Source: a virus (lineage: Duplodnaviria; Caudoviricetes). Taken from it: a stretch of 59,752 nt of DNA. Position numbers and translations under genes: made by a program. Below are positions 8,118 through 18,233 of the stretch, in pieces (within the stretch, counting starts at the first letter, position 1; the number at the start of each line of letters is the position of its first letter). The stretch lies in IMG/VR virus record IMGVR_UViG_3300021514_000001, positions 1 through 59,752 of that record. One strand, 5' to 3'. The notes below the pieces were generated by a model. That model searched no databases and was not told the DNA's origin. It worked only from the letters and a program-made list of their open reading frames with translations.

Positions 8118-8562
8118 CGTCGATGGTTTATTAACCATGTGCCGCTTGAGTGGCATCTACCACGAGGTACACAATAACCAAAACTGGAAACCTTTTAAAG
8201 ATAGTTAATGCGTTTTGCGAATCTATCGACGCTATTCTTATGTTATTCCCGTCCATCTGATGACGCTAACAAGCTCCAGATGTTGACTTTGTTTTATCAA
8301 AACTATTTAGCCTGGGACACCAAGTAAATGAATTACTGTAAAAAATGTTATGTGAGACTAACATTCCAATTCTTGTTGAGTGTGTCGCAGAAGGGAGATG
8401 CTATTTAATCAATTGGGTTTTTTGAGTACCCATACGAAGTGGGAAGCGTGTTTTATTGGTATCAAATACGCACGTAACGAAGCAGTTAGAGCCGGTACAC
8501 GCACAAGCGTACCGGCTCTTTCGTTTGAAATACAAAAAGCTGAGCTATTCGCTCAGCTTTTG
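8115..8562 (+). ncRNA. Candidate ~450-nt structured non-coding RNA between the convergent modules
   Basis: No credible ORF; many stems, with wobble pairs that are G-U on the + strand; ends in a terminator. Confidence 0.4.
8533..8562. terminator. Bidirectional intrinsic terminator AAAAGCTGAGC-tattc-GCTCAGCTTTT
   Basis: Perfect stem with A/T tails between convergent operons. Confidence 0.8.
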
Positions 8563-8610
8563 TGAGGAGAAAAGAAGAAGACCATTCTGATTTCTTTACG
8601 CTAACTTCAC

Positions 8611-8922
8611 CTATCTTTTTGTTTCAATAAAGAAGTAATGTTCTAGATCGTTTCCCCCTAATACAAAAGCAATTTCACACCGATATACCTTGCCAGCGGA
8701 CAAACTATGAATGGCTGGCAAGGTAATGATATTACCGACGGCGGCAGCAGGTCCATTCGTGACATCGCCTGTCACATCTATATTATCATTATATGTATCC
8801 TTAACAACCAAGACTGGCGAGGTGGGGCCATCGCCAACATTGGATACATCAATTGTGTAGACTATAGATTCATCTTCGCCCTGCTCTTGCGTTCCTTCAA
8901 CAACCTCCCTTATGTCAGACAT
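8611..8922 (-). CDS. Putative virion (fibre adaptor-like) protein
   Basis: Beta-rich acidic 103-aa ORF at the end of the late operon. Confidence 0.55.
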   Translation of the reverse strand: MSDIREVVEGTQEQGEDESIVYTIDVSNVGDGPTSPVLVVKDTYNDNIDVTGDVTNGPAAAVGNIITLPAIHSLSAGKVYRCEIAFVLGGNDLEHYFFIETKR

Positions 8923-8924
8923 TT

Positions 8925-9545
8925 TTAGCCACCGTCAGAAACAGTCAATTCATATGTGAATTGAATCGAGTCGCCATTATCAACATTAATTGCAGAAAAT
9001 ACGTGGCGATCCAGACAGATACCGGCAGTAGCGATATTTGCTAGAATATGCTCCGTGATAGCCTTCGTGGAGGTATAGGAGATCGTACCAACGCTCTTGT
9101 AGATTTCTCCTGATGCACCTTCCAGCTGCGTGCCGGTCGCACGAGTTTCACCATCTGTGGTTTCGATGTCAGTATCCCCGACTGCGGCGGCAGTTGTGCC
9201 AACACCGGAATCGTGGAACTTGAAATCACCCCATGCGCTATCTTCTGCGATCATCTGATCAACCATGTACTCGACAAAAGCTGTTGTGACAAGACGATAG
9301 CTGACAACTCCGTAATTTGTTACATCGCCATTAGCATGGATAACTTTGACCTTCAATTCAGAGGTCAAGGTAGGAATGCCAGAAAATCTGGTCAGTCCTT
9401 TGGCAAACCAGTTTGTGGCTCGACCAAACAGATAACCCCAGCGCGTCGAATTTTCAATGCGCCAGGCTAACGGTGCTTTCGGAGCCTTGAACAGCTTCGC
9501 AGCTACTACTCCAGAAACCCCTAGGTCAGAATTGTATGCAGACAT
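8925..9545 (-). CDS. Putative virion structural protein (tail/fibre associated)
   Basis: VVSYRLVTTAFV...GVGTTAAAVGDTDIET...AITEH...FSAINVDNGDSIQFTY; AAGGAG RBS. Confidence 0.65.
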   Translation of the reverse strand: MSAYNSDLGVSGVVAAKLFKAPKAPLAWRIENSTRWGYLFGRATNWFAKGLTRFSGIPTLTSELKVKVIHANGDVTNYGVVSYRLVTTAFVEYMVDQMIAEDSAWGDFKFHDSGVGTTAAAVGDTDIETTDGETRATGTQLEGASGEIYKSVGTISYTSTKAITEHILANIATAGICLDRHVFSAINVDNGDSIQFTYELTVSDGG

Positions 9546-9574
9546 ATCATCTCCTTGAGTCAGGTATTTCCTGA

Positions 9575-12500
9575 CTATTCAAAATCGCGATCGAATAAAG
9601 TGAAAACAAAATCGCGATCGAATAAAGTGAAAACAAACTTGCGATCGAATAAAGTGAAAACAAACTTGCGACTTCTTAATACTAAACCAAACGAACGTTC
9701 CTGCAAGGTTAGCGAAAAATTGCGTACTTGTAAGGTCAACGTTCGATATAAAATGATTGGATTGAAGTATGTTGCTATCCCTCCTGCTATGCCAAGCACC
9801 CCAACCAGGGCGGAATATGACAGTTTCACAGAGGTACCAATAAAGGTAATTGCACCAGCTAGGGCCACAGATATGGATCTGTGAATCGCACCAGAATTGG
9901 GTAAGGTGCCAGCAAACGAGAGAAAAATACCTTTGGTAATTGTCCCTGTAGACGTGATTGTTCCTGAAAGTGAAAGTATCAAATCCTTGGCTTGTATACC
10001 AATGGTTGATAACATTCCGGCATAGGAAACTGCTATATCTTTTGAGATAGTTCCGACAACTGATAATGTTCCCAGAATCACTTTTATTGGGATAGATGTG
10101 ACCACACCAGACGAAACCAGGGACCCCGCAACCGATTGGTAGAACTCTTCCGTTCCTACAACCAGTTGCTTAGCTAATGATCCTGCGCTAGATAGTACAC
10201 CACCAAGTGACAGTAACATCTCCTTAATGAACGTACCAACAAGAATAATTGATCCAGCTAGAGCAATGGCTATGGATCTGTGAATTGCACCTGAGCTTGG
10301 CAAGGCGCCAACAAACGAGAAAAACATTCTTTTAGTAACTGTACCTGTAGATGTAATTGTTCCGGCAAATGGAAGTGACGTATCCTTGACTATTACACCA
10401 ACGGATGCCAAGGTTCCTGCAATAGATTGATAGAACTCTTCCGTTCCGACAATCAGTTGCTTAGCTAATGATCCCGCGCTGGCCAGCACGACATCAAATG
10501 TTACTGATGCCTTTTTAATAACTACGCCAGTTTTTGAAAGTACGCCTACTAAACTGGTAGAAAACTGTTTAATAACCGTCCCGGAGTTTGGAAGAGAGCC
10601 AGCCAAATTGGATGATATCAGCCTGGTCAACGTTCCCGCACTGGCGAGCGTTCCTGTCAGTGAAATCAAGACTGATTTGATTGATTCTAAAACGCCAGAA
10701 GATGCCATCGTGCCGACAAGGGAAACTAGCATTTTCTTGACAATTGATCCAGAACTGGTCACTCCTCCAGCAAGAGATGTTCTTATCTGTCTAACTACAT
10801 CGCCAGTGTTGCTCAAAACTCCTGTAAAAGATACACCCGCTCTCTTCGTAACCGATCCTGCCGATGTTAACGCTCCAGCAACAGATATGGACAATGCCTT
10901 GAGAGTAACTAAGGCGCTCGAACTAGAAACAGTTCCAGCAAACGATTTAAGCGACATTTTTATCAACAAGCCAGAGTTTGTAACAGTTCCAAGAAGTCTC
11001 TTGAGTGACAATCCAGCCAATGTTCCTGTAGACGTAAGTGTACCTTCCAGTGAAATCAAGACTGATTTGATTGATTCTAAAACGCCAGAAGATGCCATCG
11101 TGCCGACAAGAGAAACTAGCATTTTCTTGACGATTGCTCCAGAACTGGTCACTTCTCCAGCAAGAGATGTTCCTATATGCCTAACCACATCACCAGCGCT
11201 GGTCAACGCTCCGGTATAAGCAAGCGCAGTCTGTTTAACGACTATTCCAGCACTTGATACCGCTCCAGCCAAAGCTCTATAGAAAATAGAAAGGGCAGTA
11301 ACTACTCCTGCACCAGTTACTGTGCCTGCAAAAGATGCCGAAGTCTGCTTCACTAATATTCCAGCGCTAGTTAACACGCCTGCAAGCGCACGAAAGAAGG
11401 TACTTATTGTTGTAACAATACCGGAAGTAGCTAGCGCACCAACGTAGGAAACCGATGTCTGCTTAATAGCTGTTCCTGCGCCTGTTAACGTACCTGAGAA
11501 TGCCCTAAGGAATGCCTTGGCTACCGCAAGTATGCCAGACGATGTGAAAGTGCCCGCAAATGTAGCTGTTGTCTGTTTAACCAGAGCACCCGAAGCGGAA
11601 AGAGAGCCTGAAAGCGTACGAAGAAAACTGCCTATTGTTGTAACAATACCAGAACTTGTTAGAGATCCGGTATAGGATAGCGCAGTCTTTTTAACCGCAG
11701 TTCCCGCACTAGTCAACGCCCCTGCTACAGCCCACATGTACATCAAAGCGGTAGCTACCGCGCCGGAGCTGGTTAAAGCACCCGCGCAGAATTTGAACGT
11801 ATCGCGTACAATCACACCCGAACTAGTAAGCGATCCGAGATAAGTGCGGAAGAATAAGCCGATAGTTGCGGTTGTTCCAACAGAAGTAAGCGATCCTAAG
11901 ACCACCTTTCTAGGGCCGATTGCAATTACGCCAGTGAAAGTAAGCGTGCCGGCTACTGATTGTGGTGTTTCTGTTCCGCCACCTCCAAGCTCAAGCACAT
12001 TAAACCAGATGTCATAAGGCGATGATTCATCAACGAAAACATAGCTGATTTCGGCTGCGGCAGATGGTGTTACTGCGAGACAGGTGACGCGTAATTCTAT
12101 CTTGTATGCTTCTAAGTCACCCTGTAGCCCATCGGAATCGGGATAAAATCGCCCTTCTAACGCACCTATTATTTCCCATGTCCATCCACCTGTAGGAATC
12201 GTTAAATCTGAATAAGCTGTCCAATCAGCGGTAGCCGGAGTAAACGTTTCGTCACCGAGTTTATCCCCTGAAGAATATACGGCAACCTTGCAAGGGATGT
12301 TCCCATCCCCGGCAACATATGCTCTCATTTCTACCTTATTGACCGAACCCCCTCTAATAGGTGCATTTGTGCCAAATCCCGTTAGCAGGTCTGTAGCGCT
12401 TGTCGGGTTGTTGCTATAGTCAGCATAATCCCCCGCCCCTGTCAACCCGTCAAAACCCTTTGCGTCATTTGTCCATTTCGTGTTGGAATCGACCGGTCCA

Positions 12501-14083
12501 AAATCAGACATGTTGACATAGTAGTTGTAAACAGGAATGGTGACGGTAATAATCGGTCCAGTAGAATCGTTGTGAACCATGCTCGCCCACGCCACCTTGA
12601 CGTTATTATAATTTGCAGCATCGTCAAGAACAGTCTCGCCTGCCCATGTCGAACCGTCATACATATCATAGGCGATTTCGTTGGCATCGTTTTCATAGAA
12701 AACATATACGTCAGTGCCATTTATAAATAAACTCGGTTCTACACCCACATTGCTGTTTGTTGCTTGCGTCCCCCAGGTACTCCAAGCTTCACCTCTCACA
12801 TGCATCCGAATGTAGACATATGCACTATCGAGAATATAAGCAACCCAATGATTTCCAGATGAGTCTACTGCTATTGATTGCCCAAGTCCCACCGATGCGG
12901 CATGAAGCAAGTGTGTTGTAAAAGACGTGGCGTTATTTCCATTCCCTATTGCGACATTCAGATGTTCGCCAACCGTTGGCTCTGCACGATAAGCGACAAC
13001 CGGAATATTATCATAATCAATCGAAAGAGCGACGCGTGAGCAATTGTAGCTTTGCGTACGATGTACATCATAAACCGTTCCCCATGTCCCACTGACTTTG
13101 TTTATATAAGATAATGTGAAAGTGACCGCGCCGCTGATTTTCACAACCCGCGTGAATGTGATATGCGGAACGTCTGCGCTGTCAATAGCGATGGCAGTAT
13201 ACAGATTTGTGATCGCGGTCGGATCCTCACCAATATCCCCGACCAATGAAACGTCGGTCGTCAACCAATCATCGTTCGTACCATCTGCCCTGAACGTAGC
13301 GTAAAGCAGGGGTGACGCTTTGCCCGCGTCGGACATATAAGCGATGTGGATTATATCGTCAGAATCAATGGCTGCGCTGACTGCTCCGTAGTTCGTTCCG
13401 GTCGGCTTGTTGGCGATATCTTGTTCTGAAAAATAAGACGGAAGCGGATTATTTGTATATATCCTGAAAACCAAATCCCCATCATTCCATATAGACCAAG
13501 CGCCACTATAGTATCTGGAATCATTTCCGTCGTGAGTATTTGTAGTTTGGTCGCGATAGACATTGATATAGTTTGAAACATTCCCGTCAGAATATTTAAT
13601 TGCTATACAGTATTTCGCCCCCGCCGTCGTTGCATAGGGTGTAGAAAATTCAAATAAACACATCTCTTTTGTTGCGGGAATAGATGGAATAATGAATGCA
13701 TCGGAGGTGGCAATCGCCGAACCTGTTGGTTTCGCGTCAGTCCCGTATGTCCCAGTTATCTCATACAGTTCTGCATATACCCATCCTACCAGAGAGCCAA
13801 CCATGCTAAGCATAAATTCACATGCAACGATCGAATTCCCATCCCCTGTAAACGCCTGTGCAGCCCCCAGAAATAAAGAACCGGAATATAGGTTGAATGC
13901 GTGCAGCGGATCGGTAACATACTCATCAGAAACAGAATATCCTTTCCAAATGTCAATACTGCTATCGCTAATATTCCGCGTGATCACATAAGGTACACCA
14001 GCGGAATTGCGAACAAGAACCCTGCCACCGTTTACGATGTCGTTCGTGTCGGCGTTGTCTAATGTGACGTCTATTGCTGCCAT
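9575..14083 (-). CDS. Large fibre/adhesin-like virion protein (propeller-like N-terminal head, ~800-aa G/S/T-rich repeat shaft)
   Basis: Repeats xAxDSxxxxHxxY in the N-terminal half; ~20-aa GxLxSxGxxxK repeats in the C-terminal half. Confidence 0.75.
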   Translation of the reverse strand: MAAIDVTLDNADTNDIVNGGRVLVRNSAGVPYVITRNISDSSIDIWKGYSVSDEYVTDPLHAFNLYSGSLFLGAAQAFTGDGNSIVACEFMLSMVGSLVGWVYAELYEITGTYGTDAKPTGSAIATSDAFIIPSIPATKEMCLFEFSTPYATTAGAKYCIAIKYSDGNVSNYINVYRDQTTNTHDGNDSRYYSGAWSIWNDGDLVFRIYTNNPLPSYFSEQDIANKPTGTNYGAVSAAIDSDDIIHIAYMSDAGKASPLLYATFRADGTNDDWLTTDVSLVGDIGEDPTAITNLYTAIAIDSADVPHITFTRVVKISGAVTFTLSYINKVSGTWGTVYDVHRTQSYNCSRVALSIDYDNIPVVAYRAEPTVGEHLNVAIGNGNNATSFTTHLLHAASVGLGQSIAVDSSGNHWVAYILDSAYVYIRMHVRGEAWSTWGTQATNSNVGVEPSLFINGTDVYVFYENDANEIAYDMYDGSTWAGETVLDDAANYNNVKVAWASMVHNDSTGPIITVTIPVYNYYVNMSDFGPVDSNTKWTNDAKGFDGLTGAGDYADYSNNPTSATDLLTGFGTNAPIRGGSVNKVEMRAYVAGDGNIPCKVAVYSSGDKLGDETFTPATADWTAYSDLTIPTGGWTWEIIGALEGRFYPDSDGLQGDLEAYKIELRVTCLAVTPSAAAEISYVFVDESSPYDIWFNVLELGGGGTETPQSVAGTLTFTGVIAIGPRKVVLGSLTSVGTTATIGLFFRTYLGSLTSSGVIVRDTFKFCAGALTSSGAVATALMYMWAVAGALTSAGTAVKKTALSYTGSLTSSGIVTTIGSFLRTLSGSLSASGALVKQTTATFAGTFTSSGILAVAKAFLRAFSGTLTGAGTAIKQTSVSYVGALATSGIVTTISTFFRALAGVLTSAGILVKQTSASFAGTVTGAGVVTALSIFYRALAGAVSSAGIVVKQTALAYTGALTSAGDVVRHIGTSLAGEVTSSGAIVKKMLVSLVGTMASSGVLESIKSVLISLEGTLTSTGTLAGLSLKRLLGTVTNSGLLIKMSLKSFAGTVSSSSALVTLKALSISVAGALTSAGSVTKRAGVSFTGVLSNTGDVVRQIRTSLAGGVTSSGSIVKKMLVSLVGTMASSGVLESIKSVLISLTGTLASAGTLTRLISSNLAGSLPNSGTVIKQFSTSLVGVLSKTGVVIKKASVTFDVVLASAGSLAKQLIVGTEEFYQSIAGTLASVGVIVKDTSLPFAGTITSTGTVTKRMFFSFVGALPSSGAIHRSIAIALAGSIILVGTFIKEMLLSLGGVLSSAGSLAKQLVVGTEEFYQSVAGSLVSSGVVTSIPIKVILGTLSVVGTISKDIAVSYAGMLSTIGIQAKDLILSLSGTITSTGTITKGIFLSFAGTLPNSGAIHRSISVALAGAITFIGTSVKLSYSALVGVLGIAGGIATYFNPIILYRTLTLQVRNFSLTLQERSFGLVLRSRKFVFTLFDRKFVFTLFDRDFVFTLFDRDFE
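9580..9671. repeat. 27-bp tandem repeat x3.4, encoding FVFTLFDR(K/D)
   Basis: caaa(atc/ctt)gcgatcgaataaagtgaaaa units. Confidence 0.95.
10658..11175. repeat. Recent intragenic duplication (~125 bp, 10658 vs 11048, offset 390 bp)
   Basis: Near-identical DNA; further duplicated blocks near 9860/10260 and 10135/10430. Confidence 0.9.
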
Positions 14084-14087
14084 TTTT

Positions 14088-14699
14088 CTAGTTTATCTTA
14101 GTCAGATAATTGTCGAAATCCAGATCGGCTACCAAGATCGTGCCGACCTCCCAATCAAACAGATCGTGCCATTCTTGCAGGTTGTGAACATTGTAATAAT
14201 CGGGATTTGGATTGTTCATGAAGATGTGAACCTGCTGCTTGAAAACGCGGTTCATTTCCGCTATCAAAGATACCGCGCCTGCATCGTCAAAGCAGCACAT
14301 AAACCAACGCGAAAAACAAACGTCCCACTGATTGCGGCGCTGGTCTCCCAGCCAACTGAGAGCGTCTTGCACGATCAAGTAGGGCTGAACAATTGGGTCT
14401 GCTTGATCATACGCATACTGTGAAACGTCCACCCCCCAGGCTGCGACTCCAAGCGAACGCGCCGCCTGCACGATATAGCCGTAGGCACTGCCAAAATCGA
14501 CAAACTCCTGATTCATATTGAAACGGCCGTGCAGCATAGCGGCATAGTCTGAAAACTGTTCGCCAGAATCTTCAGGGAACAAACCAGGGTCGCGCCTCAT
14601 CCAACGACCATAAGACGTGTAGCCTGCATTATGGGATAGCGGGCCAACCTCTCCGTCGAAATACGACTGATCGTACTCTTCAAAAGTCAGAATGGGCAT
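14088..14699 (-). CDS. Class I SAM-dependent methyltransferase (non-DNA type)
   Basis: Motif I VDFGSAYG, post-I GVDVSQYA, QWDVCFS; no DPPY/NPPY. Confidence 0.8.
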   Translation of the reverse strand: MPILTFEEYDQSYFDGEVGPLSHNAGYTSYGRWMRRDPGLFPEDSGEQFSDYAAMLHGRFNMNQEFVDFGSAYGYIVQAARSLGVAAWGVDVSQYAYDQADPIVQPYLIVQDALSWLGDQRRNQWDVCFSRWFMCCFDDAGAVSLIAEMNRVFKQQVHIFMNNPNPDYYNVHNLQEWHDLFDWEVGTILVADLDFDNYLTKIN

Positions 14700-14778
14700 A
14701 TCATTCTATCCGCTTTTTCATTTTAAATTTCCCCTGCCATATATCTTGTACACATTAGGGGCCTCCGGAATTTAATAT

Positions 14779-15159
14779 TTATTCCTTCGCTTGAATAAAA
14801 TTATTAACTATGATTCGTGCTAATACATTTGTGCCAATATATTCAGGATGTTTAATCCAAAAATAATAATCAACCTCTGCTGCAATCGCATTATCTATCA
14901 TCCAGTGATGACTATCTTCCCCCGCACAATCAAATATCAATCCGTGATAAACATCATTGTTGACAATTAATTCAGCCTCGTGTCCGATTAAGTCACAGTT
15001 TGGCACAGAAAGAAATACATCGTAATCGCTTATATCTAGGGGTAGCTGCCCCCACTCCTGTCTTATTTTAATTGTACCAACCGTAGGCCGCATAGCGTAA
15101 CCGCTAAGGTAGCCCACTAGAGTAAAAATAATTAAAGCAAAATTAATCATTGCAAACAC
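14779..15159 (-). CDS. Membrane-anchored or secreted lysis-associated protein (possible DPBB/RlpA-like fold)
   Basis: N-terminal hydrophobic segment; NCDLIG...IFDCAG...EVDY; coupled to the endolysin. Confidence 0.45.
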   Translation of the reverse strand: MFAMINFALIIFTLVGYLSGYAMRPTVGTIKIRQEWGQLPLDISDYDVFLSVPNCDLIGHEAELIVNNDVYHGLIFDCAGEDSHHWMIDNAIAAEVDYYFWIKHPEYIGTNVLARIIVNNFIQAKE

Positions 15160-17438
15160 CCAGGCAGGATAACCTCATTGTCTGGCCTTTGACCAGGATC
15201 GTGTATTTCACTAATCGCAGACCAAGCAGGAGTGTTTGGGTCTTGATGCTTACGCATCCATTGGACTAAACCATATCCTTTTGCATAGAAATAAAGTTCG
15301 CCTCCATTTACCCACTCGATTTCAATTACATCATTAAGGGGAATCCCAGCCATGCTTGTCCATTGTGAATACCTTTTAACCAGCTTGCGCGTATCTTCGA
15401 CTTGCCCTGAGTTGGCTTCGGATTTGTTACAATTCCAATCATAGAACTGGACCCAGAGTCCTACACTAAATGATTTCCCAACCTCCATATGGCGCGGCAT
15501 CCACCTTGATTTAACAGATCCTTTCGGTTCTTGTAACTGATAGAATCTGCTACCGCCTGGGCTTGTATCCCAACCACGATAAATCCAATTAGACGAGAAG
15601 AACAATTGTTCAGCATTGGCATTCTTTGTTTGCCAAAACTCGCCATCACTCTTTGATTGTGTTTGGAATCTTTCTGATCCACCATTTGCATTGGAAACCT
15701 CATACAACATTCCATTGCCACAGAGGTAATCAAGCAGATCAATTGTAGTTGGAGTTACTGAGGGCGGAGCATCTTTCCCTTCTAAAAAAGGCCATGGATC
15801 AACACATTGACCAAAGCGCCACATGGGATAGCCATTGCCTGTATCACTACGCCACAGTAAACCGAAGTGAATATGAGGGCCGGAGGAAATGCCTGTATTA
15901 CCACTGAAGCCAACTATTTCGCCGGCTAAAACTTTTTCGCCAACAGATACGGGAAGGTTAGGTTTTGCATGAGCATAAACAGTATGGAATCTAACTCCTT
16001 TAACTTCATGCCTTAGATAGACGTGCCAGCCATAATTGCTAAGACTACCAGATCCGGTTCTATCTGAAGCCCAAACAACTTCTCCATCCTGAACGGCATA
16101 GTATGGCAAACCATAGCTAACTCCATAATCTATTCCTTCGTGACCAGGAAGACCATATGGTAAATAGGATTGTGGATTAGCACCAAAAACCTGTGTTACT
16201 CTATCAGTGCCGCATGGCCGATACATAAATAGATCGTCAATCGGCTGCGGCTTATTACCTTCGAAATACAAAACCTCATACTTAAAATTATTAGCCTTTA
16301 GTTCCCGTATGGTTTCTTTTTGCGATTCCAGTTCTGGATCAACAACAATCGCATAGGATTCTACATTGCCACCAAAGAGCATGGTTAATGTATCATCTAA
16401 ACTTGCCGTGATCGTCCTTTTGTAATTCTGGTAGGCATAAGAACCAGCGATAACCCATTCGGTTTCCAGATGCTCCTGTGCTAATTTTAAAATAACAATC
16501 TTTGGTTTAACACCTGGCAATGGTGGGTCTGGCAGCTCTGGTGGTTCTGGCATTACTGGCTGAGGCCAGTCGCGTTTAATGACATTGTTGGATAGGTTTG
16601 TCATATAGCCGTTGATTGTTTTGCCAAGGTCTGTCCACATGGGATCTTTGTCTAATGCCCACAACGAAAACATTTTTACATTGGGTACATTTTCAAGATA
16701 CCAATACATCATATCCATTATTTGCGGAGTGCCGGTATGCCATGTAGGTGCATCCCGATAATTCCAACCAAACTCGGTGATAAATATGGGGGGAGGTGTT
16801 ATTCCATTCTCAAAACAAGCAGCATTAACATCGGAACATCTGCCCATAAGATATGGGATTGTATCCTTCATGATCTGCTCGCCTTGCTCATTATTCAAAG
16901 CGTATTCATGAACAGCATGAGCCAGCTTGTCTGGATGTTCTTCTATCTTTCTGAACCAGGCCAACATGCCGGGTGTACGATTATGCTCAGGCTCCGGTTC
17001 CCCTGTTGACCATCCTGGACCACAGAATTTATAACCTTGTTCCATCATTTGATCTGCGAGTTCACAAAGAAAATGACCAATCCAATTGGATCTCTCTTTG
17101 TTTAATTCGTTAATCATTTCAACATAGAAGATGTCTTTGTCTAACTCTGGAGGCCAATTCTCGTTAATCTTTTGGACATATCTTGCGGCCTCTGCCGGGA
17201 TATTTGCACCATACATGGGAGCATCGTAGCCCTTTAAACATCGGTAGACACCATATCCAATAGAGCCTTTCTGGATTTCTGCCTGGAAGTCCATCATGCC
17301 AGACGTTCCATCAACGCACTTCATAGAAAGTGTTTGACTATCAGCAGCCATCTTGCGAATGTAGTCGCCAATTCCATCACAGTAACATAGAACTGACGCA
17401 TGAAAACCGGCGCCAATGGAAAGTTTGCCCTTAGCCAT
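15147..17438 (-). CDS. Multidomain endolysin: glycoside-hydrolase-like TIM barrel, M23 peptidase, C-terminal domain
   Basis: INELN and ITEFGW (GH-A clan-like glutamates); Pro-rich linker; HEGIDY, YAH, GPHIHF (M23). Confidence 0.85.
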   Translation of the reverse strand: MAKGKLSIGAGFHASVLCYCDGIGDYIRKMAADSQTLSMKCVDGTSGMMDFQAEIQKGSIGYGVYRCLKGYDAPMYGANIPAEAARYVQKINENWPPELDKDIFYVEMINELNKERSNWIGHFLCELADQMMEQGYKFCGPGWSTGEPEPEHNRTPGMLAWFRKIEEHPDKLAHAVHEYALNNEQGEQIMKDTIPYLMGRCSDVNAACFENGITPPPIFITEFGWNYRDAPTWHTGTPQIMDMMYWYLENVPNVKMFSLWALDKDPMWTDLGKTINGYMTNLSNNVIKRDWPQPVMPEPPELPDPPLPGVKPKIVILKLAQEHLETEWVIAGSYAYQNYKRTITASLDDTLTMLFGGNVESYAIVVDPELESQKETIRELKANNFKYEVLYFEGNKPQPIDDLFMYRPCGTDRVTQVFGANPQSYLPYGLPGHEGIDYGVSYGLPYYAVQDGEVVWASDRTGSGSLSNYGWHVYLRHEVKGVRFHTVYAHAKPNLPVSVGEKVLAGEIVGFSGNTGISSGPHIHFGLLWRSDTGNGYPMWRFGQCVDPWPFLEGKDAPPSVTPTTIDLLDYLCGNGMLYEVSNANGGSERFQTQSKSDGEFWQTKNANAEQLFFSSNWIYRGWDTSPGGSRFYQLQEPKGSVKSRWMPRHMEVGKSFSVGLWVQFYDWNCNKSEANSGQVEDTRKLVKRYSQWTSMAGIPLNDVIEIEWVNGGELYFYAKGYGLVQWMRKHQDPNTPAWSAISEIHDPGQRPDNEVILPGCLQ

Positions 17439-17763
17439 CGCTAGACTCTTTGTCAGACGTAACCTTCTTTAATATATTATGTACGCCTTCGTATCCACTG
17501 ATAGCCAATCCCGTCCCGAAGATGGTGAGTAGAATTAATTCAGCCCACACAGAAGGTTGAGCATCCCAACCGTTGTAGACTGAGATGACTAGCGCTGCTC
17601 CAAAAGCCAGCAATAATGTTGTGCCATTAATTACAATGCTCTTTGTATCCGGATCTTGGAACTTGTTGAATACTGGCTTAAGCAACTGGGTTAAGATACC
17701 TGCAATAACAGCAATCCCAACACTCTGTAATAATAAAGCTGCCACTTGTTCACTTGTCATCAC
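17431..17763 (-). CDS. Holin (3 TM)
   Basis: Three hydrophobic helices, charged C-terminus, adjacent to the endolysin. Confidence 0.75.
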   Translation of the reverse strand: MMTSEQVAALLLQSVGIAVIAGILTQLLKPVFNKFQDPDTKSIVINGTTLLLAFGAALVISVYNGWDAQPSVWAELILLTIFGTGLAISGYEGVHNILKKVTSDKESSDG

Positions 17764-18233
17764 GAATCTCCTTCCTTTGTCCTTTCCGAAATCTTAAATT
17801 CCTCTGTGACTAATTCAACTACTCGATCTGTTAAAAAATTTACATCATATCTTGCTAGAACTCGTCTTGTATAAAGACCAGGTGGTAAATAATGTGGAAT
17901 CTTTACAGATATGGTGGAAACAGAGCAGCCAGTAGGTAAATTATCAACAAAAACAGGAGCACCATCAAAGAGTTGTCTTGTATCAAGGTTTATAAATGTT
18001 GGAAACAAGGTGGCTCCAGATGTGGTGTTTCTACAAATATCTGCGGTAATACTCATTGTTTCACCAGCATGATAGCTATTCTTATCAAGAATAAGTGGCG
18101 AATTAAGTGTTATTGGAGGATTATCCTGAATAACAAGAAAGTAGAAAAACAAAAACATAGAACATAAGGCAAACAGAAGAATTAATGCCGAAACCACATT
18201 CAAGAATTTATAGTTATGATCGCTGATCTTCAT
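17760..18233 (-). CDS. Membrane-anchored lysis-cassette protein (N-terminal TM plus Ig-like beta domain)
   Basis: TM VVSALILLFALCSMFLFFYFLVI; paired Cys; ATGA-type coupling. Confidence 0.6.
   Translation of the reverse strand: MKISDHNYKFLNVVSALILLFALCSMFLFFYFLVIQDNPPITLNSPLILDKNSYHAGETMSITADICRNTTSGATLFPTFINLDTRQLFDGAPVFVDNLPTGCSVSTISVKIPHYLPPGLYTRRVLARYDVNFLTDRVVELVTEEFKISERTKEGDS

Noticed and set aside
8255-8285. Hammerhead ribozyme (CTGATGA core)
   Set aside because: No GAAA after a stem II and no stem I/III arrangement found
8488-8519. Group II intron domain V
   Set aside because: Begins GAGCCG, but stem lengths, loop and bulge do not match; no other domains or interrupted gene
10658-11175. 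DGR template/variable repeat pair
   Set aside because: Mismatches are not adenine-specific, both copies are in-frame in one gene, and no reverse transcriptase is present
10608-11219. Antisense ORFs within the fibre, tail, TMP, portal and terminase genes
   Set aside because: Shadow ORFs caused by codon bias of the real - strand genes
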